A stretch of 64,000 nucleotides of DNA, taken from NCBI GenBank assembly GCA_902593795.1, contig CACJJR010000001.1, positions 196,647 to 260,646 of the forward strand, in the 5' to 3' direction. Below, in pieces: positions 36,790-47,938 of the stretch; the first letter of the stretch is position 1; the number at the start of each line of letters is the position of its first letter. Source of the stretch: an uncultured Candidatus Actinomarina sp. (lineage in GTDB: Bacteria > Actinomycetota > Acidimicrobiia > Actinomarinales > Actinomarinaceae). The notes beneath the pieces were generated by a model. It searched no databases, had not been told where the DNA came from, and saw only the letters and a list, made by a program, of their open reading frames with translations. Made by a program: the position numbers and the translations under genes.

Positions 36790-37530
36790 CTAAAAACCTT
36801 TTTGTTGACTTTTCCATGGGGCTGGTATGTCATTAATAAATTCATCAACACTCGGACCGCTCAAAGACTGAAGTCTATTTTGTCCAATGATATAAGTAAT
36901 GACCAATAAAATTAATGTTGTTTGATTTGATGATAAAAGTTTAATTGTTACAAGTATCTCAGGGGAATTGAAAAAAATTATTTGCAGACCACCCTTTATA
37001 AATAAGTATAAAGTCCAAATTATTGCAACCCTTGTATACGCAGGACGAACAAGTTCATGTAGGTACCACTCTTGGGGCCATTTTCTAATTGCCTTAGAAC
37101 TATAGATAGTGAATGGTTTCCTAATTATTATTGAAACAAAACCAACAACAGCAATTGAAATATCCCTAATGATTCCAGGAATAAAAAAACCAGAAGCACT
37201 TCCTTGAACTCTTGCCAGAAGAAGCGCTACTAATGTTCCTACTAATCCGTAGAATACAAATTTTAAATCTTGCTTTCTAAGAAGACGATAAAGAAACAAA
37301 AGTAGTAACAAAATACCCGTATATAAAATTGCCTGATTAAGAGTTGTAAAATTATTTGTTACTACAAAAAAGATTGGGGCAATTACAGAATCAAAAACCC
37401 CTTCTTGATTAAAATTTAATTCTTTTAGCTCTTCATTGATTTCTAAATATTTTTTATAAAATTTTCTCAATTTATTTGAACTTATTATTAAAAGATTCTT
37501 CATCATTTGAGAGCGAAGTTTCTTTTTCAA
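36790..37530 (-). CDS. polytopic membrane protein (DUF3159-like)
   Basis: ~6 TM; 5' end overlaps purB so true start is probably an internal Met. Confidence 0.4.
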   Translation of the reverse strand: MKKKLRSQMMKNLLIISSNKLRKFYKKYLEINEELKELNFNQEGVFDSVIAPIFFVVTNNFTTLNQAILYTGILLLLLFLYRLLRKQDLKFVFYGLVGTLVALLLARVQGSASGFFIPGIIRDISIAVVGFVSIIIRKPFTIYSSKAIRKWPQEWYLHELVRPAYTRVAIIWTLYLFIKGGLQIIFFNSPEILVTIKLLSSNQTTLILLVITYIIGQNRLQSLSGPSVDEFINDIPAPWKSQQKGF

Positions 37531-38746
37531 TAAAATCTAAAATTAAATTTGAATCAATCTTAAATTTTTCAGAGAGTTTTGTCACAATCTCTTTAGTTGA
37601 GAAATTCTCAAATGTTAAATCCTGTACCGATCTATAAGCTTCATCTCTATCAATATCATTTTTTACTAAGACTGAAAGAATTTTCTGACTGCTTAATTTA
37701 TCTGCTGCATCACTTAGATTTTTTTCTATAGCTTTGTAGTTTATATGAAGACCATTAAAAATTGATATTAAATCTTTAGTGATAAAACAGATTAAGTTAA
37801 AAGTATCTGGAAGGATAATTCTTTCAACGGAGGAATTAGAGATATCTCTCTCATGCCAGAGAACTATGTTTTCCATACTGCTTAACGCATAGCCCCTAAC
37901 AACTCTTGCTAATCCCGTAATTCTCTCACTTGCTATTGGATTTTTTTTATGTGGCATAGCTGATGAACCTTTTTGCCCATCTTTAAACGGTTCACTTAGT
38001 TCTGAAACTTCAGATCTTTGGTAACCCCTAATATTTGTTGCAATTCTTTCAAAACTACTAGCAAGTATTGCAAGGCTTGTGATAATTTCGGCATATCTAT
38101 CTCTTGCTACGATTTGGCTTGCGAAGATTTCCGCTTCTAGTCCAAGTTTTTTAAGAGTTGTTTCCTCAATATTTTCATCTACTACAGTGTGGTTTCCAAC
38201 TGGTCCACTTAGTTTTCCTATAGAAATAGTTTTTACACAATCTTCTAAGCGCTCCTTGTTTCTTTTTATTTCTTGGTGCCAGTTACCAAAAATATTTCCC
38301 AAAAAGGTTGTTTCGGCAAAAACGCCATGAGTCCTACCTATTACAGGCGTATGCATCTCCTGTTTAGCTTTGGCCTCAATCTGTATTAAAAGTTCATCTA
38401 GTAAGTCGATAGTTATAGATAAAGACTGTTTGATTAATAAGCTATTCGCTGTGTCAACTACGTCTGAGCTAGTGAGGCCATAATGAATCCAATTTGAATT
38501 GTCACCAACTTTGGATTGAAGTATATCGACAAATGAAGCTAAATCGTGATTTGTAATTTTCTCTCTTTCATATACTTCATCCTTTAAAACTTCAGTTTTT
38601 TCAATAACCTTAGCTATTCCACTTGGAGAAATATTATTTTCTTCTAAGGTTTCAAGGTATTTTTGTTCTACAAGTTTCCAGGTATCAAATTTATTTTGAT
38701 CATTCCAAATTTTTTCAATTTCGCGGTATTGGTATCTTTCAATCAT
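37472..38746 (-). CDS. purB: adenylosuccinate lyase
   Basis: Fumarase/ASL signature GSSAMPHKKNP, 424 aa. Confidence 0.85.
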   Translation of the reverse strand: MIERYQYREIEKIWNDQNKFDTWKLVEQKYLETLEENNISPSGIAKVIEKTEVLKDEVYEREKITNHDLASFVDILQSKVGDNSNWIHYGLTSSDVVDTANSLLIKQSLSITIDLLDELLIQIEAKAKQEMHTPVIGRTHGVFAETTFLGNIFGNWHQEIKRNKERLEDCVKTISIGKLSGPVGNHTVVDENIEETTLKKLGLEAEIFASQIVARDRYAEIITSLAILASSFERIATNIRGYQRSEVSELSEPFKDGQKGSSAMPHKKNPIASERITGLARVVRGYALSSMENIVLWHERDISNSSVERIILPDTFNLICFITKDLISIFNGLHINYKAIEKNLSDAADKLSSQKILSVLVKNDIDRDEAYRSVQDLTFENFSTKEIVTKLSEKFKIDSNLILDFIEKETSLSNDEESFNNKFK

Positions 38747-40019
38747 CAGTGATAACTATATTTTGGTTCCTTTCAGGCCCTACAGATATAAATGTTATAG
38801 GAACTTCAATAAAGTCCTCAATAGCATTTATATATTTTTTAGCATTTTCAGGTAAATCATCAAATTTATTAACAGAAGTGATGTCTTCAGTCCAACCATC
38901 TAGAATTTCATATACTGGTTCAGCAGTATTTAAAATATTTTGATCATAGGGATAGTCATTAATAACTTCATTTTCATTTTCATATCCTACGCAAAGTTTT
39001 AACTCTTCAAGACCAGAGAGAACATCAAGTTTTGTTATAAAAAGTTCAGTTAATGAATTAACTCTTACTGAGTATTTTAAGGAAATTAGATCTAGCCACC
39101 CACACCTTCTTCTTCTGCCAGTAACTACTCCAAACTCTGCACCTTTTTCTATTAGATAATCTCCAATTTCATTTTCTTGCTCTGTTAGAAATGGTCCACT
39201 TCCAACACGAGAAATATAAGCTTTAGTCACTCCAACAATTTTGTCTAAATTTTTTGGACCGATTCCCGATCCAGTAGCAGCATTTCCTGAGGAGGTATTT
39301 GAGCTAGTTACAAAAGGGTACGTTCCATGATCAATATCTAATAATGTCCCCTGAGCTCCTTCAAATAGAATTGTTTTATTATCTTTTATTGCATTTGCTA
39401 TTAATAGTGATGTGTCTGCAACATGACTAGAAACCATTTCAATATAATCATTAAACTCCTCAATAATCTTGTCAGCTACTAAAGGTGCTTGGTTATATAT
39501 TTTTGTAAGAGTTAAGTTTGTTTCTTCAATATTATTTTTGACTTTTTCAACAAAAATATTTTTATCCAGTAAGTCTTGAACTCTAATGCCTTTTCTCTGA
39601 ATTTTATCTGCATAACATGGCCCAATTCCTTTTTTAGTTGTTCCAATTTTGTTTTCTCCTAAGCTCTCTTCTATAAGTTCATCAAGTAATTTATGGTATG
39701 GCATTACCAAATGAGCATTTGGAGAAATGACTAATTTTTTTGTATTGATGTTTTTTTTGTTTAGCATTTCTAGTTCTTGCTTTAAGAACCCAAGATCGAC
39801 CACACAACCTGAGCCAATTACTGGTGTACAACTAGGGTAAAGAACTCCCGAGGGTGTTAGTGACAATGCTATTTTATCTTCTCCAACAACAATTGTGTGA
39901 CCAGCATTATTTCCACCTTGAAACCTGACTACGTAGTCGGCAGTTGAAGCAAAAAAATCTGTGACTTTACCTTTACCTTCATCACCCCATTGGGCTCCAA
40001 GTACTACGGTAGTGGACAA
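38739..40019 (-). CDS. purA: adenylosuccinate synthetase
   Basis: GAQWGDEGKGK P-loop start, GIGP motif, 426 aa. Confidence 0.9.
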   Translation of the reverse strand: MSTTVVLGAQWGDEGKGKVTDFFASTADYVVRFQGGNNAGHTIVVGEDKIALSLTPSGVLYPSCTPVIGSGCVVDLGFLKQELEMLNKKNINTKKLVISPNAHLVMPYHKLLDELIEESLGENKIGTTKKGIGPCYADKIQRKGIRVQDLLDKNIFVEKVKNNIEETNLTLTKIYNQAPLVADKIIEEFNDYIEMVSSHVADTSLLIANAIKDNKTILFEGAQGTLLDIDHGTYPFVTSSNTSSGNAATGSGIGPKNLDKIVGVTKAYISRVGSGPFLTEQENEIGDYLIEKGAEFGVVTGRRRRCGWLDLISLKYSVRVNSLTELFITKLDVLSGLEELKLCVGYENENEVINDYPYDQNILNTAEPVYEILDGWTEDITSVNKFDDLPENAKKYINAIEDFIEVPITFISVGPERNQNIVITDD

Positions 40020-40172
40020 TTTTTCTCCTTAGGTACAACATAAAATAATAATGGATTTTTCTCGTAATCAGTAGGGGTTTCTTAGCGAATTTAGATTAAA
40101 TTGCAAATTATTAGTTTTTTTCAATAATTATTCATTGATACATAAACATAACTATATTAAATTGAATACAAT

Positions 40173-40192
40173 ACAGCTTCTTTAAAAGCTGT
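40173..40192 (+). promoter_or_regulatory. inverted repeat ACAGCTT-N6-AAGCTGT in 5' leader of the ABC substrate-binding gene
   Basis: 7-bp perfect arms 28 nt upstream of the TTG start / AAAAGGAG RBS. Confidence 0.3.
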
Positions 40193-40219
40193 GTACTTTT
40201 AATTAAAAGGAGATAAACA

Positions 40220-41299
40220 TTGAATAAAAAAGCAATTGTTTTTCTTTTAGTATTTGCAATGGTAATCGTCGCTTGTGGAGACACAACCGAAGAAGTTGCT
40301 GTTGAAGCTACTGAAGAAGAACATGACCACGAAGACGAGTCAACGCTTGAACAAGTTCAAGAAAGAGGATTCCTTAAGTGCGGTGTTAGCACCGGTGCTA
40401 CTGGATTCACTGAAGTAGGGGACGACGGTTCTTACTCTGGATTTGACGTTGACTATTGTTACGCAGTTGCTGCTGCTATTTTCGGCGATTACAGTAAAGT
40501 TGAATTTAAACAACTTACTTCAGCTGAAAGATTTACAGCACTTAGCGCTGGCGAAATCGATGTCTTAATAAGAAATACAACTTGGACTCAAAGTCGTGAT
40601 ACCGAATTAGGTAACGATTTTGGACCAACAACTTATTATGATGGTCAACAATTAATGGGTAGAGTAGCTGATGGTTTGTCAAACAGCTCAACTGTCGCAG
40701 ATATTGACGGTTTAAGAGTATGTACAAATGCTGGAACAACAACTGAGAAAAATATTACTGAGCGTGTTGGTCTTGCAGGTGGAACAATTCAGCTTATTAC
40801 AGTAGAAGCATTCTCTGAAGCAATTGATAAATTTATTGCTGGTGAGTGTGACATTGTAACAACTGACGGTTCTGGACTTGTTGGTAGAAGAGCGGTAAAT
40901 GATGCTCTTAATGATTGGGTAATTTTCCCAACATCACCAATTTCTAAGGAACCGCTTGGTCCTACTTATAGATCAAACGATAGCCAGTGGGCTGACATCA
41001 TTAACTGGACTGTATATGCAACAATTATCGCTGATGAATATGGCGTTACTAAAGCAAATGTAGATTCAGCTGATCTTGAAGCTAACCCAGAATTAGGAAG
41101 ACTCTTTGGTGCAAACGATGGAGAACTTCAAACTAAGATGGGTCTTGATGCAAAGGCTTACTACAACGTTATCAAGCAAGTCGGTAACTATGATGAAATC
41201 TTTTCAAGAAACCTAAATCCATTAGGTCTCTATAGAGAAGGTGGAGATAACGACCGATGGGCAGACGGCGGATTAATTTACGCACCTCCTGCTAGGTAA
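40220..41299 (+). CDS. amino-acid ABC transporter substrate-binding lipoprotein (AapJ/general L-amino-acid type)
   Basis: TTG start after AAAAGGAG RBS; lipoprotein signal LVFAMVIVAC; type-3 SBP fold pattern. Confidence 0.8.
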   Translation: MNKKAIVFLLVFAMVIVACGDTTEEVAVEATEEEHDHEDESTLEQVQERGFLKCGVSTGATGFTEVGDDGSYSGFDVDYCYAVAAAIFGDYSKVEFKQLTSAERFTALSAGEIDVLIRNTTWTQSRDTELGNDFGPTTYYDGQQLMGRVADGLSNSSTVADIDGLRVCTNAGTTTEKNITERVGLAGGTIQLITVEAFSEAIDKFIAGECDIVTTDGSGLVGRRAVNDALNDWVIFPTSPISKEPLGPTYRSNDSQWADIINWTVYATIIADEYGVTKANVDSADLEANPELGRLFGANDGELQTKMGLDAKAYYNVIKQVGNYDEIFSRNLNPLGLYREGGDNDRWADGGLIYAPPAR

Positions 41300-41320
41300 T
41301 CGTTAAAAAATTATTGCGAA

Positions 41321-41347
41321 AAGAGCCTTCGGGCTCTTTTTGCTTTT
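41321..41347 (+). terminator. rho-independent terminator
   Basis: AAGAGCC-TTCG-GGCTCTT stem-loop followed by TTTTGCTTTT. Confidence 0.65.
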
Positions 41348-41395
41348 GTAGTAATTTGAGTTTCATTTAACAGTTCAATCAAGTAATATTTTTCT

Positions 41396-42946
41396 ATGGT
41401 CAAATTGCTAAGTAAAATTGGAGCATTCTTCAGAAATGTTGTTGTTTTAAAGTGGGCAGTACAATTTATTTTCCTCGGTGGCCTAATAGCTCTTATTTTC
41501 AACTATTTAAATATTGCTGTTGGTAATTTAGCTAATACAAATATTGCTTTCTCATGGGGCTTTTTAGGCGAAACTCCTGGAGTTTCTATTGCTGAAGGGC
41601 TTTATACGCTTCCTAAATCTGGTCTTCAAATGCTTCAAACTGGAATGCTTAATATGTTACGTATTACAGTAACGGGGATAATAGCAGCAACATTCTTTGG
41701 TACGATTCTTGGCATAGCACGATTATCTAATAACTATATTGTAGAAAAGACTGCTACCTCTCTTTTAGAGGTCGTCAGGAATGTTCCTCTATTAGTTCAA
41801 ATATTATTTTTTCAGGCTTTAATTCTATCTCTACCAAGATTAGAAGTTTATGATGTTGGATCTGTATTGTTCCATGCCAGTTCTAAAGGGGTAGCTCTAT
41901 CATGGCCAAACAGACAAGATGGAGCATGGATGTTCATGCTATATTTTTTAATAACCTTATACATCAGTAATCGTGTGTACAAACAAAGAGTAAAATTATT
42001 AGAAGAACAAGGAAGAGAAACAAAACCTTTTCTTTGGTCTTTGTCAGCTTTAGTTATTTTGTTTGCTGTTGGCTGGTATGGAGGCTACAGGATTGTTGGA
42101 ATAATCGGATTTGTCTCTGGTTTTATCTCACAAGGTCTTGAGGTACTGCCAGGTATTTTTTATCAAATTTTATTATCTGTTGTAGCAGGCTACATATCGA
42201 TTACATCCGTAAGAAAGCAGATTAGTAGTAAAAGATCTGGAGAATTGCAAGGCAAATATAGTGATGATGACTACTTCAAAATGATTATTACTATTGTTAT
42301 CGCTATTGTGTTCATCGCTTTAATGTTTGCTCCTGTTGGCCAAGGTATTGCCAAATTTTTAGTTGGAGACGAACCAACATTCAAATCTGATTGGGGATTA
42401 CCACAATTTTTTGGTGGAATTTCAAATGCACTTGACTGGTCTATTACAGGCGCTCCCTACGAGTTAAATATGGCTGAAATTGAACAAGTTGGAACAACCA
42501 AATTTAAGAAATATTCGACTGAGGTTGGAAAAAGCTTAACTGTTGGATATTTTGCTACATGGCTTGGTGTTGTTATTTATACAGCAATATTTATTTCTGA
42601 AATAGTCAGAGCTGGAATTATGGCAGTTTCCAAAGGTCAATCTGAAGCAGGATTATCTCTCGGTTTAAGAAGAAGTTCACTACTAAGGCTCATTGTTCTT
42701 CCACAAGCGGTTAGAATCATGCTCCCTCCAATGGGAAACCAATATCTTAATTTAGCAAAAAATACATCTCTAGGAATTGCGGTTGGGTTTCCAGAAGTAG
42801 TTGCTGTTGGGCAAACCCTATATAATCAAGAAGGTCAAACCTTACCGGTTTTCCTTATTTGGATGATATTTTTTAGTACTGTGAGTTTAACTCTTTCAAC
42901 TATTGTTAATTATTACAATCGAAAACTAAAGATAGTAGAGAGATAA
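41396..42946 (+). CDS. amino-acid ABC transporter permease (AapQ-like) with extended N-terminal TM region
   Basis: C-terminal EAA-like permease core (SEIVRAGI...EAGLSLGL); 516 aa. Confidence 0.75.
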   Translation: MVKLLSKIGAFFRNVVVLKWAVQFIFLGGLIALIFNYLNIAVGNLANTNIAFSWGFLGETPGVSIAEGLYTLPKSGLQMLQTGMLNMLRITVTGIIAATFFGTILGIARLSNNYIVEKTATSLLEVVRNVPLLVQILFFQALILSLPRLEVYDVGSVLFHASSKGVALSWPNRQDGAWMFMLYFLITLYISNRVYKQRVKLLEEQGRETKPFLWSLSALVILFAVGWYGGYRIVGIIGFVSGFISQGLEVLPGIFYQILLSVVAGYISITSVRKQISSKRSGELQGKYSDDDYFKMIITIVIAIVFIALMFAPVGQGIAKFLVGDEPTFKSDWGLPQFFGGISNALDWSITGAPYELNMAEIEQVGTTKFKKYSTEVGKSLTVGYFATWLGVVIYTAIFISEIVRAGIMAVSKGQSEAGLSLGLRRSSLLRLIVLPQAVRIMLPPMGNQYLNLAKNTSLGIAVGFPEVVAVGQTLYNQEGQTLPVFLIWMIFFSTVSLTLSTIVNYYNRKLKIVER

Positions 42947-44745
42947 TGAATATCGATATAAAAAAACAAACTAGAGTCATAAAAGAAAATTTATTTTCCT
43001 CTCCTGTGTCTACATTGTTGACTTTTATTACAAGCTATATAATGATAAGTTTCTTTCGAGGAATGTTTGGCTTTGCAACAGCTCCAGATAAAGATTGGTT
43101 ATCGGTATTAAATAATATGCAACTTTATATGGTCCAAGCTTATCCCGAATCTGATTTCATAAGAATCTGGATTTGTGTCGGTTTAGGTTTTATATTTTCT
43201 GGGCTTTCTGTAGGATTATGGGAAACTGAAGAAAAAACATCTCTTAGTAAGCTGTGTTTAACATTTTCAAAAATAGTTTCCGGCATTATTTTTCTTACAA
43301 TTATTGCTCCAACCAATTCTGTTGTGGTAAGCACCGCTACAGGAATAAGAGAACAAGTAGAAGTTTTTTCATATGCTGAAAGAATTCCTTTATTAAGTAT
43401 ATTAATTGGATTATTAGTAGTATTTTTTCTTATCTCAAAAATCAACTTAAGCTTTAACAAGTCATTACTAGTATCAATATATTTATTCGTTCCGATAATT
43501 CTTTTGTGGATTATGAAAATTCCAACTATTCAACTCGATTCTGAAAATCAAAGAGTATTCCCGGATCCTTTAATGCCAATAGCAAATTCTACGAAAATAC
43601 CTTGGACCTTAATTTGGATTTCCTTTGTGGTGGCTTACTTAGTTGGTGTATATTTTAAAAATAAAAAACAGTTCAAAAATGCAGTTTCTATTTCGTGGGT
43701 ACTGCTACCTTTATTGATATTTTCATGGATTTTTAAAAAACCTCTTATTGATCTGAACGAACTTATAAGAAATGACATTCCAGTATTTATTGGATTTTTA
43801 TTGATAGGAGTTTTAACCATATACCTTATTAATAATAAAATTGTTGAGAAGTTCTATAGTTATTATTTAGGTTTTCTTGTAGTCGTTACAATAGCTTCCC
43901 TATTTTTAAAAGTTATCCTACTTGTAAAAGCTGCTTTATTACTACTTTTGCTATTTTCAGCTATTATTCCAGCAGTTTCCACTTCTGCAAAAGGGAAAAG
44001 AAGCTTGACTATTGTGTGGATAGTGTCTTTAACAACAACTGCATTTTTACTTGAAGGAGGAACATCGACTACTCAAATAGTTGTTCCTGGCTCAAGTATT
44101 TTTGGGGGATTCTCACTAACCTGGTTGCTAGCAATATTTGGTACATATGTTTCCTTCCCCCTTGGAGTTCTGTTAGCCTTAGGCAGAAATTCTTCACTTC
44201 CAATTATTAGAGGTGTTTGCACAGGGATAATTGAACTTGTTAGATCTGTGCCATATATTACATGGTTATTTTTTGCTAGCGTTACCATGGCAGTATTTTT
44301 ACCTGACGGCGTAGAGTTCAATCTTATTGTTAGAGTTTTGATTGTTACAGCTTTTTTTAGTGGTGCTTATTTTGCAGAAAATATTAGAGGTGGTCTACAG
44401 TCAATTCCTAAAGGACAATTTGAGGCTGCAGATGCAATTGGTATGAATACTGTGCAAAAGACATCATTAATTGTGCTTCCACAAGCCTTGAGGGCAATAG
44501 TTCCAACTTTAGTTAGTAGTATAATTACGTCATTTAAAGACTCTAGCCTTGTTACAATTATCGGATTATTTGATTTTCTCACAATTGGTCGAATGGTAAT
44601 TGGAAATCAATCAATTCCTATTAACTTCATAGGACACGATAGAGAAAACTTACTATTTATTGCATTTGTCTATTGGATTTTTACATTTACATTATCTAGA
44701 AGAAGTATGAAATTTGAAAAGCGATTAGGATTAGGTGAAAGGTAA
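42946..44745 (+). CDS. amino-acid ABC transporter permease (AapM-like) with ~350-aa extra N-terminal multi-TM extension
   Basis: C-terminal permease core with EAA loop ([24 protein letters not shown]); ATGA overlap with upstream permease. Confidence 0.75.
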   Translation: MNIDIKKQTRVIKENLFSSPVSTLLTFITSYIMISFFRGMFGFATAPDKDWLSVLNNMQLYMVQAYPESDFIRIWICVGLGFIFSGLSVGLWETEEKTSLSKLCLTFSKIVSGIIFLTIIAPTNSVVVSTATGIREQVEVFSYAERIPLLSILIGLLVVFFLISKINLSFNKSLLVSIYLFVPIILLWIMKIPTIQLDSENQRVFPDPLMPIANSTKIPWTLIWISFVVAYLVGVYFKNKKQFKNAVSISWVLLPLLIFSWIFKKPLIDLNELIRNDIPVFIGFLLIGVLTIYLINNKIVEKFYSYYLGFLVVVTIASLFLKVILLVKAALLLLLLFSAIIPAVSTSAKGKRSLTIVWIVSLTTTAFLLEGGTSTTQIVVPGSSIFGGFSLTWLLAIFGTYVSFPLGVLLALGRNSSLPIIRGVCTGIIELVRSVPYITWLFFASVTMAVFLPDGVEFNLIVRVLIVTAFFSGAYFAENIRGGLQSIPKGQFEAADAIGMNTVQKTSLIVLPQALRAIVPTLVSSIITSFKDSSLVTIIGLFDFLTIGRMVIGNQSIPINFIGHDRENLLFIAFVYWIFTFTLSRRSMKFEKRLGLGER

Positions 44746-45478
44746 TAATATGAGCATTATAGAGGCTAAAGATGTAAAGAAATGGTTTGGAGATTTCCAG
44801 GCACTAAAAGGTATATCTATGGAGATTCAAGAGGGAGAAGTACTTGTAGTTTGTGGTCCATCAGGTTCTGGAAAATCAACTTTCATTAGATGTATAAACA
44901 GATTAGAACAACACCAGGAAGGATCAATTATTGTTGACGGGATTGAGTTGACAAATGATATTAAAAATATTGAAGCAATCAGATCTGAAGTAGGGATGGT
45001 TTTTCAGAGTTTTAATCTATTTCCACACCTTACAGTTTTACAAAACATAACTCTTGCCCCTACATGGGTTAGAAAAAAAAGTAAATCTGATTCTGAGCAG
45101 AAAGCTATGGAACTTCTAGAGCGTGTAGGAATTCCAGAGCAAGCAAATAAGTTTCCTGGACAGCTATCAGGTGGACAGCAACAAAGAGTTGCAATAGCAA
45201 GAGCCCTTGCTATGGAACCAAAAATTATGCTTTTTGATGAGCCAACATCAGCATTAGACCCTGAAATGATTAAAGAAGTTTTAGATGTAATGAAAGAATT
45301 AGCAAAATCTGGAATGACCATGATTGTTGTAACTCATGAAATGGGATTCGCTAAAGAAGTTGCTGATAGAGTAATGTTGTTTGATGACGGGTTAATGGTT
45401 GAAGAAAATACTCCAAATGAATTTTTTGATAATCCAAAAAATGACAGAACAAAGCTTTTTTTAAGCCAAATACTTTAA
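44735..45478 (+). CDS. amino-acid ABC transporter ATP-binding protein
   Basis: Walker [10 protein letters not shown], signature LSGGQQQR, Walker [12 protein letters not shown]. Confidence 0.9.
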   Translation: MKGNNMSIIEAKDVKKWFGDFQALKGISMEIQEGEVLVVCGPSGSGKSTFIRCINRLEQHQEGSIIVDGIELTNDIKNIEAIRSEVGMVFQSFNLFPHLTVLQNITLAPTWVRKKSKSDSEQKAMELLERVGIPEQANKFPGQLSGGQQQRVAIARALAMEPKIMLFDEPTSALDPEMIKEVLDVMKELAKSGMTMIVVTHEMGFAKEVADRVMLFDDGLMVEENTPNEFFDNPKNDRTKLFLSQIL

Positions 45479-46617
45479 AGTTTATCCCAAAGATTCTTTT
45501 CAGCTAAATCTATTATTGAAGCTCCCATTGCGTATGCTCCATCATAAATAGCTTTATGTCCGCCCGCTGTTATCGTAGCCGCTGCGTACTCTGGTTGATG
45601 ATTAACCGCTTTTTTTTCGCCAATACCAAGCATTGGATGTATAGATGGGAAGATTTGAGATACATTTCCCATATCAGTGGAACCTAAACCTGGCCTCGTA
45701 GCATCTTTTTGCAAAATCATTTCTCTACCTACATCTTGAGCATTTTCCATAAAAAGTTTATACAGTGTTTCATTATTGTTAATTTCCTCATATCTGTAAT
45801 CAGGAGATGTAACTTTTACTTCACATTTTGTTGATAGTGCAGCAGCATTAGCAAAATTATAAAAGTCTTGTTCTAGTTGATTTAGCCCTTCTTCATTAAG
45901 TGATCTTAAATACCATTCAGATTTTGTATATGATGGAATTATATTTGGCTTAAAACCGCCCTCTCTAATCACCCCATGCATTCTATTGCTCTGAACCATT
46001 TGTTGTCTGTAAGTTGATGCATTTACAAATAGTTGTATTTGCGCATCGAGAGCATTAATTCCCTGATCTGGAGCACCCGCTGCATGGGCATCTTTACCAA
46101 AATATTCAACTGTGTATTGTTCAATTGTTGTAAAGGTTGGATTAACCACATCTTCATAGCCTGGATGTATCATCATAGAGCAAGAAGCATCTTCGAAGGC
46201 ACCTTCGTTAATAAGAATAATTTTTCCACCACCACCTTCTTCTGCAGGGGTTCCTAAAAGTTTTACTCTTATACCTAATTTTGATGCAATATCTTTTAAT
46301 CCCAATCCCGCACCTATAGAAGCTGTAGCAATAATATTGTGTCCACAAGCATGTCCGATTTCAGGCAAAGCATCATACTCAACACAAATAACAACTAGAG
46401 GACCATCCTCACCGAATGTTACATCAAAAGCTGTTTCAAGACCATGTGAAGGATAATTTACAGATTTAGAGTTTTTCTGAATGTAGTCAACCAGATGCTT
46501 TGATGTTTTGAATTCTTGAAATCCTAATTCTGGATTTTCATACATCCAGTCACTTACTTCACACAAGCTTTTATGTAACTCATCCAAATAATTTTTAAAT
46601 TCAACTTTGAAGCTCAT
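45475..46617 (-). CDS. M20D-family amidohydrolase (hippurate-hydrolase/aminoacylase-like)
   Basis: HACGHN metal-binding motif, M20 dimerisation-domain pattern. Confidence 0.8.
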   Translation of the reverse strand: MSFKVEFKNYLDELHKSLCEVSDWMYENPELGFQEFKTSKHLVDYIQKNSKSVNYPSHGLETAFDVTFGEDGPLVVICVEYDALPEIGHACGHNIIATASIGAGLGLKDIASKLGIRVKLLGTPAEEGGGGKIILINEGAFEDASCSMMIHPGYEDVVNPTFTTIEQYTVEYFGKDAHAAGAPDQGINALDAQIQLFVNASTYRQQMVQSNRMHGVIREGGFKPNIIPSYTKSEWYLRSLNEEGLNQLEQDFYNFANAAALSTKCEVKVTSPDYRYEEINNNETLYKLFMENAQDVGREMILQKDATRPGLGSTDMGNVSQIFPSIHPMLGIGEKKAVNHQPEYAAATITAGGHKAIYDGAYAMGASIIDLAEKNLWDKL

Positions 46618-47888
46618 GATTCAATTTTAGTAAAGAAATCTTCTTGATACACACTAGAATTATTCCAAATTATCCAATCAAGACCCTTGTCCTCAGCTGC
46701 TTTAATATTTAACGCAACATCTTTTGATGAGTGCCAAAATCCTTGAAGGAATGGCCTTAGTTGTTTTTGATCCACCCCTCTTGAAAGGCCTTGATTCAAG
46801 GATGCTGTGACAACTTCATATGGGTGATTATTTGGATAATTATACCCAAAAGAACCTCTTGAATAATGAGATGGGTAAACCATTGGCGAAATAAAATCTA
46901 CCGTGTTTACGATTGTTTCTAAGTATTGACCTATTCCATTATCACTTTTGGCATTTAGAACATATCCGAATATATCTGCTGAAGCTAAACAGCCGATATC
47001 GTGTAAGGCATTTGTAGCACTGAGAAGAAACGAATCAATATTCTTTGTTCTATTTTCAAAGTTACTTTCTTCATCGTAGATAAGACCTTGGTAAGAGGTA
47101 TCTGGATATCGAATATAATCAAATTGAATTTCATCAAAACCAAGCAAGCATGCTTCAAGTGCAATATTTAATATATAATCTTTACTGTTTTGATCGCTTG
47201 GATCAAGAAAGTATTGACCATCTTGTGAGTAGGGAGTGTTTGTTTTTGAATCTATAATTGCCGATTCTGAATATTTTCTTGAAAAAATTGGATCTTGAAA
47301 AGCCACAACACGACCAATCAAATAAATATTCAGTTCCTCCTTCAAATATTTAAGTGTTGTTGAGTCATATTTTATTCTTTCATTATTTAGTTCTTCAACA
47401 GATTCTATTTGACTGTCATACATTAAATGGCCGTTGTCAGTTTTGACATCGAGAACTATCGTATTCACAATTGTATTATTTACTATTTCTTTGATTGGAT
47501 TAATTTTTTCCTCTCTTAATAAATGATAACCACTCAAATAAATGCCTTTAATGCCGTTATTCGTTTTACTAAATGTTTCCCATCTATGTTTGGCGATAAG
47601 AGCATTTACACCCTTCAATGTATCAATTTGTAAACTTTCATATTGATTAAAAAAGCCATTTTGTGAATTGGTTACAGAATTAAGGTTTTTACGAATCTGA
47701 GCTTTTTGCTCTTCCGAAATAATAATTTCTACTTCTTTTACTGGTTCTGAATCTTTTATTAATCCAGCTCCAATTTCAGTAATTAGTTCAAAGTAACTGA
47801 TTCCTTCACTGTTTACATTATTTATGCTTAAAGGAATTACTAATAATGAAATAAATAGTATTAAAAAAAATACCCTGTTCATAATCAT
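46614..47888 (-). CDS. secreted hypothetical protein, possible TIM-barrel glycoside-hydrolase-like (DUF4015-like)
   Basis: N-terminal signal/TM; otherwise weak family resemblance only. Confidence 0.4.
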   Translation of the reverse strand: MIMNRVFFLILFISLLVIPLSINNVNSEGISYFELITEIGAGLIKDSEPVKEVEIIISEEQKAQIRKNLNSVTNSQNGFFNQYESLQIDTLKGVNALIAKHRWETFSKTNNGIKGIYLSGYHLLREEKINPIKEIVNNTIVNTIVLDVKTDNGHLMYDSQIESVEELNNERIKYDSTTLKYLKEELNIYLIGRVVAFQDPIFSRKYSESAIIDSKTNTPYSQDGQYFLDPSDQNSKDYILNIALEACLLGFDEIQFDYIRYPDTSYQGLIYDEESNFENRTKNIDSFLLSATNALHDIGCLASADIFGYVLNAKSDNGIGQYLETIVNTVDFISPMVYPSHYSRGSFGYNYPNNHPYEVVTASLNQGLSRGVDQKQLRPFLQGFWHSSKDVALNIKAAEDKGLDWIIWNNSSVYQEDFFTKIES

Positions 47889-47938
47889 ATTTTAGATTAC
47901 TAATACTAATCTTTCATAGCTAGTTTTATAATATCTAT

